64,000 bases of DNA, taken from contig OZ242311.1 of assembly GCA_965207885.1 (NCBI GenBank), positions 4,128,001 through 4,192,000 of the forward strand. Reading direction: 5' to 3'. Position 1 is the first letter of the stretch, and every line of letters begins with the position of its first letter. The position numbers were made by a program, and so were the translations under genes. This document shows, piece after piece, positions 30,208-39,770 of the stretch. Source of the DNA: Candidatus Latescibacterota bacterium (GTDB taxonomy: Bacteria; Latescibacterota; UBA2968). The notes beneath the pieces were generated by a model. That model had not been told where the DNA came from. It worked only from the letters and a program-made list of their open reading frames with translations, and searched no databases.

Positions 30208-32983
30208 ATGGCAAATACGCGAGAAGAAGTACTAAACACTGTTGTGGCTTCGATACTGTCCAAATATGACAGTATCGAGGCTGCCCCTGAACAGCGCGAA
30301 GGTCCAGAGGCGATTGATATTACGGTGCGACATGAGAATGCCCGCAATACAGAGGTGGTTATTGAAGCCAAAATTGGAACGTCTGCGGGAAAGAGGAAAG
30401 AAGCCGCCAAACAAGTTCGCCAGCGTTTGGAGAGTCGGCCAAGTGCTATGGCATTTGCGGTGTGTTATCCCAATGATCTCAAGGGGCTTGCCTCCCTGTC
30501 ACAACTGGAAACAGGCATGGCAAATACGCAGCAGCTATGTTTTGCCCATGTGACCCGCGTAGGCAAGGCACCCACATGGCGTGAAGGCTCTGTGCAGGAA
30601 TTTGCCAGCGTTTTATTCCAAAATGATCTTCCACAAAGTAATGTTGCGGATGCGATTGAGTATTCGGTTCGCCAAGCGGCAGACTTTATACAATCCGACA
30701 GAGAACTTTTCAACAAAAACTTTGCACCGTTGCTTGCCAAAGCACTGGCCTTGCCATCCGGAACCGAGAGGGATAACCGCGCTGCGGTGCTGATAGCTGC
30801 GCTGATGGTATCCAATGCCGCTTTGCTGCACCATCGGTTGCGGGTGGTGGATAGCCTTTCAGAAGTGCCAACCTTGAAGGACTGTATGGCAGGGCGATAG
30901 GCTTCTTTCAGCAATGACATCTGCTTGGGAATCCATATTAGAAATTGACTACCATCCCGTATTTGACCCTGCGGTATCGGTATTGGAAGCCTTTATGGAA
31001 GTAAAGAGCAGTGCGCGTATGCTTGCTGTCAATGCTATTCATTTGCTCGTCGAAAATGCCCTTGCACATGCAGATGATTTGGCTGCGCTGCGTTTCGATC
31101 ATGCGGGGCCATTATACCATCGCCTATTGGAATCGGCAAGGTATGATGGATCATTTTACACCAATAATATCTCTGCATTGTTGCTTTCCCGATTGGCTAT
31201 ACAAGAGAATTTTGCCGACTGGTCAGATTTGGACCGTCTGCGCGACCTTAAAGTGATTGACCCTGCCTGTGGAACAGGAACGCTGTTAATGGCCGCCATG
31301 CACACCATCCGTGATAGGTATATCAATGCTTCTGGCCGCGATATTGATTTGCTGCATTTGTGTTTGGTAGAAGATGTGCTTCATGGCCTGGACATCAATA
31401 GGCATGGCATCCAGTTAGCCGCCTGCAACTTGACGCTTGGTAATCCGCGTGTGGATTATACAAAGATGAATCTGCATACGATGCGCCATGGACCCCAACC
31501 TAACGGAGAAGTAAAGATAGGATCAGTGGAACTGCTTGCCACTGCACAGGATGATGGAGAACCAAACCTCACACAGTTTGTTTTACCACTGCCAAGAATG
31601 GAGGCTCTTGGAGCAGAACGCGCTCAGCCCGGCGAATCGTCCGATGATTCTTATATGGAGAAATTTGATGTTGTGATCATGAACCCGCCGTTTACCCGCA
31701 ATGATATACGCAATAGGCAATATACCGCGAGTGATCGTAAGCGTATTCAGGATCGAGAAAAGCAAGTTGTTGACTTTGTTCTGAGGCATAATCCAGAAGC
31801 CGGTGAAGCCATAGATCATACCAATGCGAGAGGCTTTTTTACGCCATTGGCGGATATGTTGTTAAAGGAGAAAACGGGTGTATTGGCTAAAGTTCTTCCG
31901 ACAACAGCTTTGATTGGCGCATCAGGAAAGCAGGAGCGCATGTTTCTTGCGAATCGTTTTCAGATTGAGACCATTATTACCAGCCATGACCCATCGCGTG
32001 TGAATTTCTCTGAGAATACAGCGATCCATGAATCTCTGTTTATTGCGCGTCGGTCTGATGCGGAGAAAAAGCCTACCCGATTTATTTCTTTAGGTCGAAT
32101 GCCTGCGGATGCTCATGAGGCGATGTTGTTGGCAAATATGATTAACGGTGGCAAAATTTCTGGTGAATGGGGCAGGGAATGTGAATGGCCGTGGGAACGG
32201 GTGAGAAACGGTGATTGGCAAGCCGCGTTGTTTTACGATGAGGAACTGGCTGAAGCGTATTACGACCTTGCCGCGCTCAATGGCACGCGACTACAAATTG
32301 TTGGCAACGCCTGTGCCATAGAACCGGAGGGACGACGTGTGCGAGACGCTTTTTCTCGTAATTCAAAGTTAGATACCCCCTGGAAAACACCGGTTCTGTG
32401 GGATCATCAGACAGATGTCCGTACGACGATGGCTACAAAGCCTGATGTGGTAGCAACACCGAAGCGAGGTAGAGAGAAGTATGCACAGAGTTTGGTAAAG
32501 AAAGCCAGCCGATTGGTTATCTCAGGACGGCTTTATACATACGCCGTGCGAACGGCAGCATGTTATACAGAGGAGCCAGTTCTTGGCTCTGCTTGGGTGC
32601 CTGTCACCCCACTATCAAAAACACCTCACTTTGAGCACGCGCTGTGTGCGTGGTGGAACTCGACGCCTGGGATACTGACGATGCTTCATGCCAGGTCCAA
32701 AAAGTTGACATATCCAGCATATTCTTTGGATCTGCTACGCAAGTTGCTCATCCCCAACCCGCGCAATGTCGATGTCTCCCCGCTCATTGATGTTTTCGCT
32801 AAAACCCACCAGCGAGTACTCAAACCTTGGAAAGAGATGGACACCTGTCCTGTACGCGCCCTTATCGACGAAGCAGCAGCACAGGTTCTTCACATAGATG
32901 GGGCAAAGATTGCGGACTGGCGCAAGCGGATCACGCTTGAACCTACCGTCTCTAACCGTCCGGCAGTGGAACGTTTTGGCTAA
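30208..32983 (+). pseudogene. Type IIG/IIL-like fused restriction endonuclease-N6 adenine methyltransferase, split by +1 frameshift at ~30893
   Basis: N-part has a D...IEAK nuclease-like motif; C-part has DPACGTGT (motif I), NPPF (motif IV) and a TRD-like tail. Removing one G from GCAGGGCGA joins the frames (MAGDRLLSAMTSAW). Confidence 0.75.
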
Positions 32984-33064
32984 CTTATTGACAAAAAGTG
33001 GGGCGCCGCACGCCACAGGCATGGCGTAGCCAAAAAACTGGCCAGGCAATTGGAGGATCGAGTT

Positions 33065-33346
33065 ATGGCAGATAATACGACTCGCTGGGATTCAGCAGAG
33101 TACCTCAAAACAGAAGAAGATGTGCGCCTATACCTGGAAGCGTGTCTTGAAGAAGCAGGAGATGACCCCGCCTTTATGGCCCATGCATTAGACGTAATCG
33201 CTCGAGCCAAAAAAAGGATTCTCTTCGAGAGCATCAAACAAGGATTAACAGAGGCGATTGAACACGCGGCAGGCCAGGAAAGTGAGGCGGTTGTGCATTT
33301 CCCACGCACCCCTGATGTAAAATCGAAAAATAAAAAAGCCCGATGA
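33065..33346 (+). CDS. Chimeric antitoxin remnant (HI1420-like antidote N-terminus + N-terminus of an HTH antitoxin), no HTH
   Basis: WDSAEYLKTEED...YLEAC.EE.GDDPAF..ALDVIARAK followed by LFESIKQGLTEAIEHA. Confidence 0.6.
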   Translation: MADNTTRWDSAEYLKTEEDVRLYLEACLEEAGDDPAFMAHALDVIARAKKRILFESIKQGLTEAIEHAAGQESEAVVHFPRTPDVKSKNKKAR

Positions 33347-33366
33347 CCAAATAGGTCCTCGGGCTT
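33332..33366 (-). terminator. Intrinsic terminator downstream of higBA
   Basis: AAGCCCGA-T-GACC...GGTC-C-TCGGGCTT stem with a T-run on the minus strand. Confidence 0.6.
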
Positions 33367-33390
33367 AATAGTTTTGGTTTCATCTATCAG

Positions 33391-33618
33391 CTATATCTCA
33401 GTCAATTCAGGAACATGTTCTTCCTCATATTTCTCAATCAGCACACCAATGACTTCCATCATTGAGGCGAGGGGATGATCTTCATTCTCGCCTACCACAT
33501 CAATCAAATCGTCCAGTATAGCCACAAGCCGTTGATATTCGCTCTCTTCATGGGGGACGAACACAACAGGGGTTAGAACGGGCCATACATCTTGAGCGGT
33601 TTGTATTTCTGCTACCAT
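33391..33618 (-). CDS. HigA-like antitoxin, N-terminal domain only
   Basis: EYQRLVAILDDLIDVVGENEDHPLASMMEVIGVLIEKYE; directly downstream of higB. Confidence 0.7.
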   Translation of the reverse strand: MVAEIQTAQDVWPVLTPVVFVPHEESEYQRLVAILDDLIDVVGENEDHPLASMMEVIGVLIEKYEEEHVPELTEI

Positions 33619-33621
33619 AAT

Positions 33622-33909
33622 CTACTCTTTCCATTTCCCTCTATCATACTCGTCGTGCGTTAGAACCTCACGAATGTAGATTTTCTGTCGGTTGTAATGT
33701 ATTGCCTCGATAAGACGTGCTTTGTTACCACCAATATTGAAAACGGTTAAATTTTTTACCTGATCAGCATGGGGAAACGCCGTATGCAAATCGACAAACG
33801 AACGAAAATAGCCTCGCTTCATTAATCTATACCAATGTTCGAGTGATACTTTGGTATTGGGATGTCTCTGGGCAAACTCGTTCAAGCGTTTTCGGGTGAT
33901 GATATGCAC
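33622..33909 (-). CDS. higB: HigB family toxin
   Basis: HIITRKRL.EF...HP, FPHADQV, VFNIGGNKARLI, VLTHDEYD; GTG start assumed. Confidence 0.85.
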   Translation of the reverse strand: MHIITRKRLNEFAQRHPNTKVSLEHWYRLMKRGYFRSFVDLHTAFPHADQVKNLTVFNIGGNKARLIEAIHYNRQKIYIREVLTHDEYDRGKWKE

Positions 33910-33988
33910 GGAGTGTCCTGCCGACAAGTTGTTCTATTTGCCTGTACCGAAGGCAGATCGGCATACCGACACAAGCAGGATGGTCAAG

Positions 33989-34489
33989 TCAGAGCATCCG
34001 TAGCCTCATGAGGCGGTAGGTCATCGCCAAGGTGCTCACTTTGAACTTCTCAGCAAGCATTTCAAGAACATCGTCTTCGGTTAGATCAAAGGGCTGTTGA
34101 TAGAAGGCTTCCCTGACCCACTCAGCGGGCATAAGGAGTGCAGCGGCAAATGCATTAGCCGCCATCTCTTCATGCTTGGTGCCGGAACCGGACTCAAGGT
34201 CTCGGAAATGTACATGATACCCCTTATCGATGTACGTATCGCCTTTATGAAGAACAAAGTGGCCGATCTCATGCGCGATGCTAAAGCGTTGCCGGTTGGG
34301 GTGGTGTTCTCGGTTGACACCAATAACAGCGCGGTCCCCGTTACGGACAAGTACCCCCGAACAATCTTCTCCGAGGTCTGCCAACTTGATCTTTATGCCT
34401 AGGTGAGCAGCGACTTGCGCCATAGGAACTGGAGCAGTATTCAGTCCCACATCTGCGAGCAACTGCTCAGCTCTTCTCTCCAACGACAT
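33989..34489 (-). CDS. ImmA/IrrE family metallopeptidase (CapP-like, short form)
   Basis: RQRFSIAHEIGH (HExxH), E..ANAFAAALLMP; overlaps the HTH gene. Confidence 0.88.
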   Translation of the reverse strand: MSLERRAEQLLADVGLNTAPVPMAQVAAHLGIKIKLADLGEDCSGVLVRNGDRAVIGVNREHHPNRQRFSIAHEIGHFVLHKGDTYIDKGYHVHFRDLESGSGTKHEEMAANAFAAALLMPAEWVREAFYQQPFDLTEDDVLEMLAEKFKVSTLAMTYRLMRLRML

Positions 34490-34844
34490 TATGACTTTCC
34501 TCTACATTACTAGCGATAAAGGAAGTAACTTGCGCTTGGCTTTTTCCTGCCTCCTCCTTCAACCAACCTGTGATTTTAGGCCTTGCGGTCCCAGCTTCGC
34601 TTTTTGGGAATTCATCTCGCGAGGGCAAAAGCAAGCGCATGTCAACATCAAGCGCATCGGCAAGTGCCCAGAGGGTGTGAAGCGTCGGTCGCTGATTTCC
34701 GCTCTCAATATTGGCAATTGATCCTCGAGCAAGGCCACAACGCTGCGCAAGTTGGGTTTGTGTGAGCCCCGCTTCGCGTCGCTTTCGTTCCACCTTCTGC
34801 CCTACGAGTTGGTAGAGCCTCTCTGAGTCAGGTCGCCGTCGCAT
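34467..34844 (-). CDS. XRE HTH repressor (CapH-like)
   Basis: GLTQTQLAQRCGLARGSIANIESGNQRP; divergent from the CBASS operon. Confidence 0.85.
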   Translation of the reverse strand: MRRRPDSERLYQLVGQKVERKRREAGLTQTQLAQRCGLARGSIANIESGNQRPTLHTLWALADALDVDMRLLLPSRDEFPKSEAGTARPKITGWLKEEAGKSQAQVTSFIASNVEESHNVVGEKS

Positions 34845-34982
34845 ATATACTTTAGATAGGATCTTGAGTATAAAATGTCAAGCAATAAAAAGCAAACAAG
34901 AGAATCTATATACTTATTAAATGGAATAACAGTGAAAAAGTTTTTAATACAAAGCAGAATTATAATATATACCTTTTATTCA

Positions 34983-35011
34983 TTGACAAAAATATAAGCT
35001 TATACTATACT
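34983..35011 (+). promoter_or_regulatory. Near-consensus sigma70 promoter of the CBASS operon with a 12-bp palindrome in the spacer
   Basis: TTGACA(34983-88)-N17-TATACT(35006-11); TATAAGCTTATA at 34993-35004. Confidence 0.7.
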
Positions 35012-35216
35012 ATGATCACCGATGCCCAAAGTCTTGCCGTGGGCGGTTGAAGGCAGTTCCGCCACCCGCTTCAGGTATATGGAGACAGGGTCTGTTACGC
35101 AAATCTATTATCTTCAAAGCTGGCGGATGAGACATAAAGAGGATCCCACTCCTCGAAGGGGAAAAACGCCTTCAAGGAGGTGTTAATCTATATATACATA
35201 TTGGAGGCCCTACGTC

Positions 35217-36164
35217 GTGGAATATACAAACCAACAACTCAACAACTATGTCAAACGGATTAAGCTCACTCAAGAAAAAAAATCGTCTTATAAGAGCCAA
35301 ATTGATAATCTGAGGGACAATGTTCGCAAGGCCATAAGCGATATGGAAAACACTAAATTAACAAAGGTCAAAATCGCAGGATCGTGGAGGAAAGGCACTG
35401 CCTTAGCACCAAAAGGAGAATATCCCCTCGATATAGACCTGGTATTCTACTTGGCCCTCGAAGAAGATATTTCCTTTGATGCCGAGGAGCTTCGGGAGGA
35501 GATCATTGACGTATTATGTGAGGCATACCCTACCAAGGAGAGATCAGACTTTACTGATGGGAAAAAAACCATCGGCATTGTGTTCAGAGGGTCTGGCCTT
35601 GAGGTTGATATTGTGCCGTTTATACCAGAAAAAGGTAATACGACTTATGGAAGACAACCAGAAAAAAAACTCAATTCAGGTGAGTTCAAAACCAGCGTCG
35701 ATAAGCAATTGGATTTTACAAAAAAAATAAAATCCAAGTGTTCTAATTTCACTTCCATTGTGCGCATTCTGAAAAGTTGGAAAAATTATAAAGAACTGGA
35801 ACTTTCCTCTTTTTCTCTTGAATTGGCAGTAGCTAAATTGATTGAGGAGGGGAGAATATCTGGTGCTTCAATAAACCAATCAATTATCAATTTTTTCGAG
35901 TTTTTCGGTAATGGTAATCCTGTCGAAGTGTATTTTTCAGGTGCGATTGGACCGCAAACGGGCAATGCACCCTGGATAGCAGATCCAACGAATAATGAGA
36001 ACAATTCGATCAGATTATCTGATAGTGAATGGGATGAAGTCATAGAAGAGGCAGAATGCGGCTTTGAAACTATTTCCTATGCACAAACCGTGCAAGAGAC
36101 TGGAAAAACATTAGACTTATGGAAAGAAGTTTTTGGACCAAGTTTCAATATTAAGGAGGTGTAA
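35217..36164 (+). CDS. CBASS CD-NTase (CdnC-like oligonucleotide cyclase)
   Basis: GSWRKGT-x-DID-x-VDIVP nucleotidyltransferase motifs, SF.LEL, IADP.N, WKEVFGPSF end; GGAGG RBS, GTG start. Confidence 0.88.
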   Translation: MEYTNQQLNNYVKRIKLTQEKKSSYKSQIDNLRDNVRKAISDMENTKLTKVKIAGSWRKGTALAPKGEYPLDIDLVFYLALEEDISFDAEELREEIIDVLCEAYPTKERSDFTDGKKTIGIVFRGSGLEVDIVPFIPEKGNTTYGRQPEKKLNSGEFKTSVDKQLDFTKKIKSKCSNFTSIVRILKSWKNYKELELSSFSLELAVAKLIEEGRISGASINQSIINFFEFFGNGNPVEVYFSGAIGPQTGNAPWIADPTNNENNSIRLSDSEWDEVIEEAECGFETISYAQTVQETGKTLDLWKEVFGPSFNIKEV

Positions 36165-36169
36165 TACCA

Positions 36170-36652
36170 ATGAGCACTATGACACAAACATATACCAGAA
36201 CAGATATCCGTAAAGTTTTTGAAAACTTCCAGGCAGATCTACAAATGCTTGCTGTAAGAACGCGGGCAATGGAATTAGATCATGCACAAGACTGTGCCCA
36301 TGATGTCTGTTTAATGGCTAGAGAAGAGTGCTTGACGCGCGTCCATATACAATTGTATGACTCTTTTGGAAGTCTGGTAAAAGTCCACCGGTATTCCGTG
36401 GAAGAAGATATATTATCAGATTCGCAAAGGCCAGGAGACAATAGATGGCCATGCTTACCTGACGGCACACTACGTGTGATTGTTGAATACTCTGATATAC
36501 AAAAATCGGAAGATCTCAAAAAATCAGGTAAGTTAAAAATTCCTTGGGGTCCCTCATCCTTATCAACCGATTACTCTGGAATGCACAGTAATGGCGGCAG
36601 ACTCTATTCCAGTAATAGCTATGGATTACAGCGCGAAACATTCGTGAACTAA
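36170..36652 (+). CDS. Bacterial HORMA-domain protein (Cap7-like)
   Basis: 160 aa, TQTYT.TD...F.ADL start and YSSNSYGLQR end; sits between CD-NTase and TRIP13. Confidence 0.8.
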   Translation: MSTMTQTYTRTDIRKVFENFQADLQMLAVRTRAMELDHAQDCAHDVCLMAREECLTRVHIQLYDSFGSLVKVHRYSVEEDILSDSQRPGDNRWPCLPDGTLRVIVEYSDIQKSEDLKKSGKLKIPWGPSSLSTDYSGMHSNGGRLYSSNSYGLQRETFVN

Positions 36653-36664
36653 ACAGGACAAGAA

Positions 36665-37555
36665 ATGGCACAAGATACGTTTGATACTCAACGAGAACTC
36701 CCATCAAGTGATCTAAAAAATATTGCTGAAACACTTGTCGGCTTCGAGCGGCATTATGAAGCGTTGAAAAACCATCTAACGATAATGTTAATGCCTGATC
36801 ATATAGATAAGTGGAGCAAGCAATACCACAAACAAATTCTTCCATTATGCGAGGTAATCCGACAAAGATATCCACTTTTTCTTTTTAGCGGAGATGTCGG
36901 AACAGGAAAAACCGTTACGGCTGAGTGTGCTGCTGACCGGCTGACAAGAGAAATGAGCAAAGAAGGATTTCTGCTCAAGTTGAGTACCCGCGTGAGAGGT
37001 AAGGGTTTGCATGGAGAAATGAGTCAGCTTATCCAAGACGCTTTTGAAAATTTGACAACTCAAGCAGGCAAAAAACGTCTGTCCTTTCTATTGATAGACG
37101 AGGCAGATTCCATAGCATCTCTTCGATCCACCGAACAGATGCACCAGGAAGAAAAGGCGGCTGTCAACACGCTGATACAGAAAATTGATGAAATTCGCCA
37201 AGTAGGTGGTCGAGCGGTTGTATTTCTGTGTACTAATAGATCAAATGTCATTGATCAAGCTATCGTTAGGCGTGCTGCATTACATATAGAATTTTCTCGA
37301 CCAAATAAAGAAGAATGTATAGAATTACTGACAAATGATCTGCAAGGAGTAGGATTGACATCGCAAGAGCTAAATGAATTAGCATCCTTGATCTCAGGGA
37401 ATGGACAGAAAAAAGAAAATGGTTATTCATTTTCAGATTTTCGGTTGCGATTCCTTCCAGAGGCTCTTGCTCGGGCCTTTCCAGATCAGGCACTAACATT
37501 TGATATTCTAAGAGAAACAGCTTTGGCCGTGAAACCAAGCCCTCGGATTGTCTAA
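36665..37555 (+). CDS. TRIP13/Pch2-like AAA+ ATPase (Cap6-like)
   Basis: GDVGTGKT Walker A, RVRG.G..GEMS, LLIDEADS Walker B, CTNR, DQAIVRR. Confidence 0.88.
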   Translation: MAQDTFDTQRELPSSDLKNIAETLVGFERHYEALKNHLTIMLMPDHIDKWSKQYHKQILPLCEVIRQRYPLFLFSGDVGTGKTVTAECAADRLTREMSKEGFLLKLSTRVRGKGLHGEMSQLIQDAFENLTTQAGKKRLSFLLIDEADSIASLRSTEQMHQEEKAAVNTLIQKIDEIRQVGGRAVVFLCTNRSNVIDQAIVRRAALHIEFSRPNKEECIELLTNDLQGVGLTSQELNELASLISGNGQKKENGYSFSDFRLRFLPEALARAFPDQALTFDILRETALAVKPSPRIV

Positions 37556-37556
37556 A

Positions 37557-38105
37557 ATGCAAAACAACGATGTTCAATTAAATCAGAAATTGCTCAAAAA
37601 ATTGAGTAAAAAAGCGGACTTTTGCCGATTTTCTCATTCGGAGCTAAAAGAAAAATATACCACCTGTCGAAATTGGAAAGAATTTTCTGTTGTGTTATTG
37701 TCGGTAGTTTCCGCCGCGCTAATCGGTTTTTACTATCGAGGAATATTGGAAGGTGATTGGACATTGTCGCTTATTTTTTGTTTACCTTTTACCATAATGA
37801 TAGTACAGGCACTGGATCACACTGTGTTTCAGTGGACACAGAAAGCAGCACGGCACGAGTCCGCAGTAGCAATTTGGGGGGATTGGATCAGAGAGGCAGA
37901 CTTTCTTGAGCAGCATATCCTTCAGTATTCAAGTGATTTAGTCGATGAAAAGATGCACAACATACAGGAAAAATACAGAAATTGTATGGGTAGTACAGAA
38001 CAAGTACCCAATAGCAAATTCCTAAAATACAAAAAGAAATTCAAAATACAGGTATTGGAATCTAAAAAAATGGATGACATGTCTTTGGAAGATCTAAAAA
38101 AATAA
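37557..38105 (+). CDS. Putative CBASS effector, SLATT-like two-TM protein
   Basis: Two hydrophobic helices (FSVVLLSVVSAALIGFYY; WTLSLIFCLPFTIMIVQAL), then KAARHE..V..W helical tail; last gene of the AT-rich operon. Alternative TTG start at 37548. Confidence 0.65.
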   Translation: MQNNDVQLNQKLLKKLSKKADFCRFSHSELKEKYTTCRNWKEFSVVLLSVVSAALIGFYYRGILEGDWTLSLIFCLPFTIMIVQALDHTVFQWTQKAARHESAVAIWGDWIREADFLEQHILQYSSDLVDEKMHNIQEKYRNCMGSTEQVPNSKFLKYKKKFKIQVLESKKMDDMSLEDLKK

Positions 38106-38120
38106 AATAACGTTTCAGAT

Positions 38121-38669
38121 ATGGCTATCCCAAATCCTCTCATTAAATTTACTTACGATGACTACCTGAATACGCCCGAAGACAAGCGTTATGAACTTCT
38201 GGACGGGGATTTAGTTGCGCTCTCTTCACCGGAAGAATTTCATCAACGTGTTTCCATCCTATTAGGGACGAAATTGGTTCAGTTCGCAGTTGAAAATCGC
38301 CTGGGGAGGGTCTATCACACGCCCTTCGACGTGGTGCTGTCGGATATGGACGTGGTGCAGCCCGATCTGATCTTCGTCTCCAATGAACGCGCCGATATCA
38401 TCACCCCTGCGAATATTCAGGGCGCGCCGGACCTCGTCGTCGAAATCCTATCTCCTTCCACAGCCGCACGCGATAAGACCATCAAGCGCAGTCTATATGC
38501 CAGGCACGGCATAACCGAGTACTGGATGGTCGATCTAACCGAAAAAACCATAACGGTTCTGCGTCTCGGCGAGCGCGGATTCGAGGTTGTCGATACCTAC
38601 GGCGAAGGGGAAATATTGACTTCGCCCACATTGCAAGGATTCACTTTGAGCCTCGGCGACATATTTTAA
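38121..38669 (+). CDS. Uma2 family endonuclease-like protein
   Basis: RYELLDG, VVQPDL, GAPDLVVEILSPST...D...K..LY, EYWMVD. Confidence 0.88.
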   Translation: MAIPNPLIKFTYDDYLNTPEDKRYELLDGDLVALSSPEEFHQRVSILLGTKLVQFAVENRLGRVYHTPFDVVLSDMDVVQPDLIFVSNERADIITPANIQGAPDLVVEILSPSTAARDKTIKRSLYARHGITEYWMVDLTEKTITVLRLGERGFEVVDTYGEGEILTSPTLQGFTLSLGDIF

Positions 38670-38806
38670 GACAGCCTTGACAACATTAAAAAGTTCGGCT
38701 ATTTTGCAATCCCACTGCAAAATAGCCGCTTTTTTCTACCCCAAATGTATATTACCCGCACTCTTGAATCCTTTGTCGCATCTTCTCAATTTCCCTTCTC
38801 ATCTTA

Positions 38807-39766
38807 ATGATACCCGACCTCTTACCCCTAAAACCCTACCTCCGCGAAACCGTCTGGGGAGGGCGCAGCCTGGGGACACACTACAACAAAGCACTTCCCC
38901 CGGATGTACCCATTGGCGAATCGTGGGAAGTCTCGGCATACAAAGGGATGGAAAGCATTGTCGCAGACGGTCCCCTTGCCGGACAAAACCTCGCCGACCT
39001 CGTCGCAATTTACGGCGCAGACCTCCTCGGACAGCGCGTTATCCAGCGTTATGGCACTGAATTCCCATTGCTCATCAAATTCCTCGATGCACGCGACGAC
39101 CTCTCCATCCAGGTACACCCCGACGACACCTATACCCGTACAGAAAACCTGGGCACCTATGGCAAAACAGAAGCGTGGTACATACTCAAATCAGACCAGG
39201 GGCGCGTGGCTTGTGGCCTGAAAGACGGCGTAGATAAACACAGCTTGAAATTATCCATCCGCGAAAACCGCGTACAGGACACCGTGCAATTCTTCGATGT
39301 ACAGGAAGGCGATGTAATCTTTGTACCGCCCGGCACAGTACACGCCCTGTGCCAGAACGTCATGATCTACGAAGTACAACAATCCAGCGACCTCACCTTT
39401 CGCATCTACGACTACAACCGCCCCGGCACCGACGGCAAGCCGCGCGAACTGCACATTGACCGCGCCCTCGACGTCATCGCCTTTGACGCACCCGCGCCAG
39501 AACCGCGGAACTCACGTCACGAGGCAAACGCCACACTCATCGGAGCAGAAGACACCGAATACTTCCGTCTCGAACGCTTCGCCCCTGCTGGCATCGTCCA
39601 GCACGCCTATCCCACATTTGCGGCACTCACCGTCCTCGCCGGTCAAGCCCAATTAAACAAAACCTTCACCGCTCAAACAGGCGATACCTTCTTCATCCCG
39701 GCCAATCGCACCGTCACCGTCTCACCAGAAGAAAACGTGGAATATTTAATCTCATCCTGTGGGTAG
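38807..39766 (+). CDS. manA: Mannose-6-phosphate isomerase, class I
   Basis: VWGG, GESW, FPLLIKFLDA..LSIQVHP, GKTEAW, GTVHA, EVQQSSD.T.RIYD. Confidence 0.88.
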   Translation: MIPDLLPLKPYLRETVWGGRSLGTHYNKALPPDVPIGESWEVSAYKGMESIVADGPLAGQNLADLVAIYGADLLGQRVIQRYGTEFPLLIKFLDARDDLSIQVHPDDTYTRTENLGTYGKTEAWYILKSDQGRVACGLKDGVDKHSLKLSIRENRVQDTVQFFDVQEGDVIFVPPGTVHALCQNVMIYEVQQSSDLTFRIYDYNRPGTDGKPRELHIDRALDVIAFDAPAPEPRNSRHEANATLIGAEDTEYFRLERFAPAGIVQHAYPTFAALTVLAGQAQLNKTFTAQTGDTFFIPANRTVTVSPEENVEYLISSCG

Positions 39767-39770
39767 ATCG

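Noticed and set aside
29431-33346. Integron cassette array (small TA genes; TAAC...GTT at 32981-33064)
   Set aside because: No convincing attC palindromes and no integron integrase in the window.
38121-38669. Uma2 nuclease as the CBASS effector
   Set aside because: Although 15 bp downstream, its composition is GC-richer than the operon and Uma2 genes are commonly scattered; no evidence of linkage.
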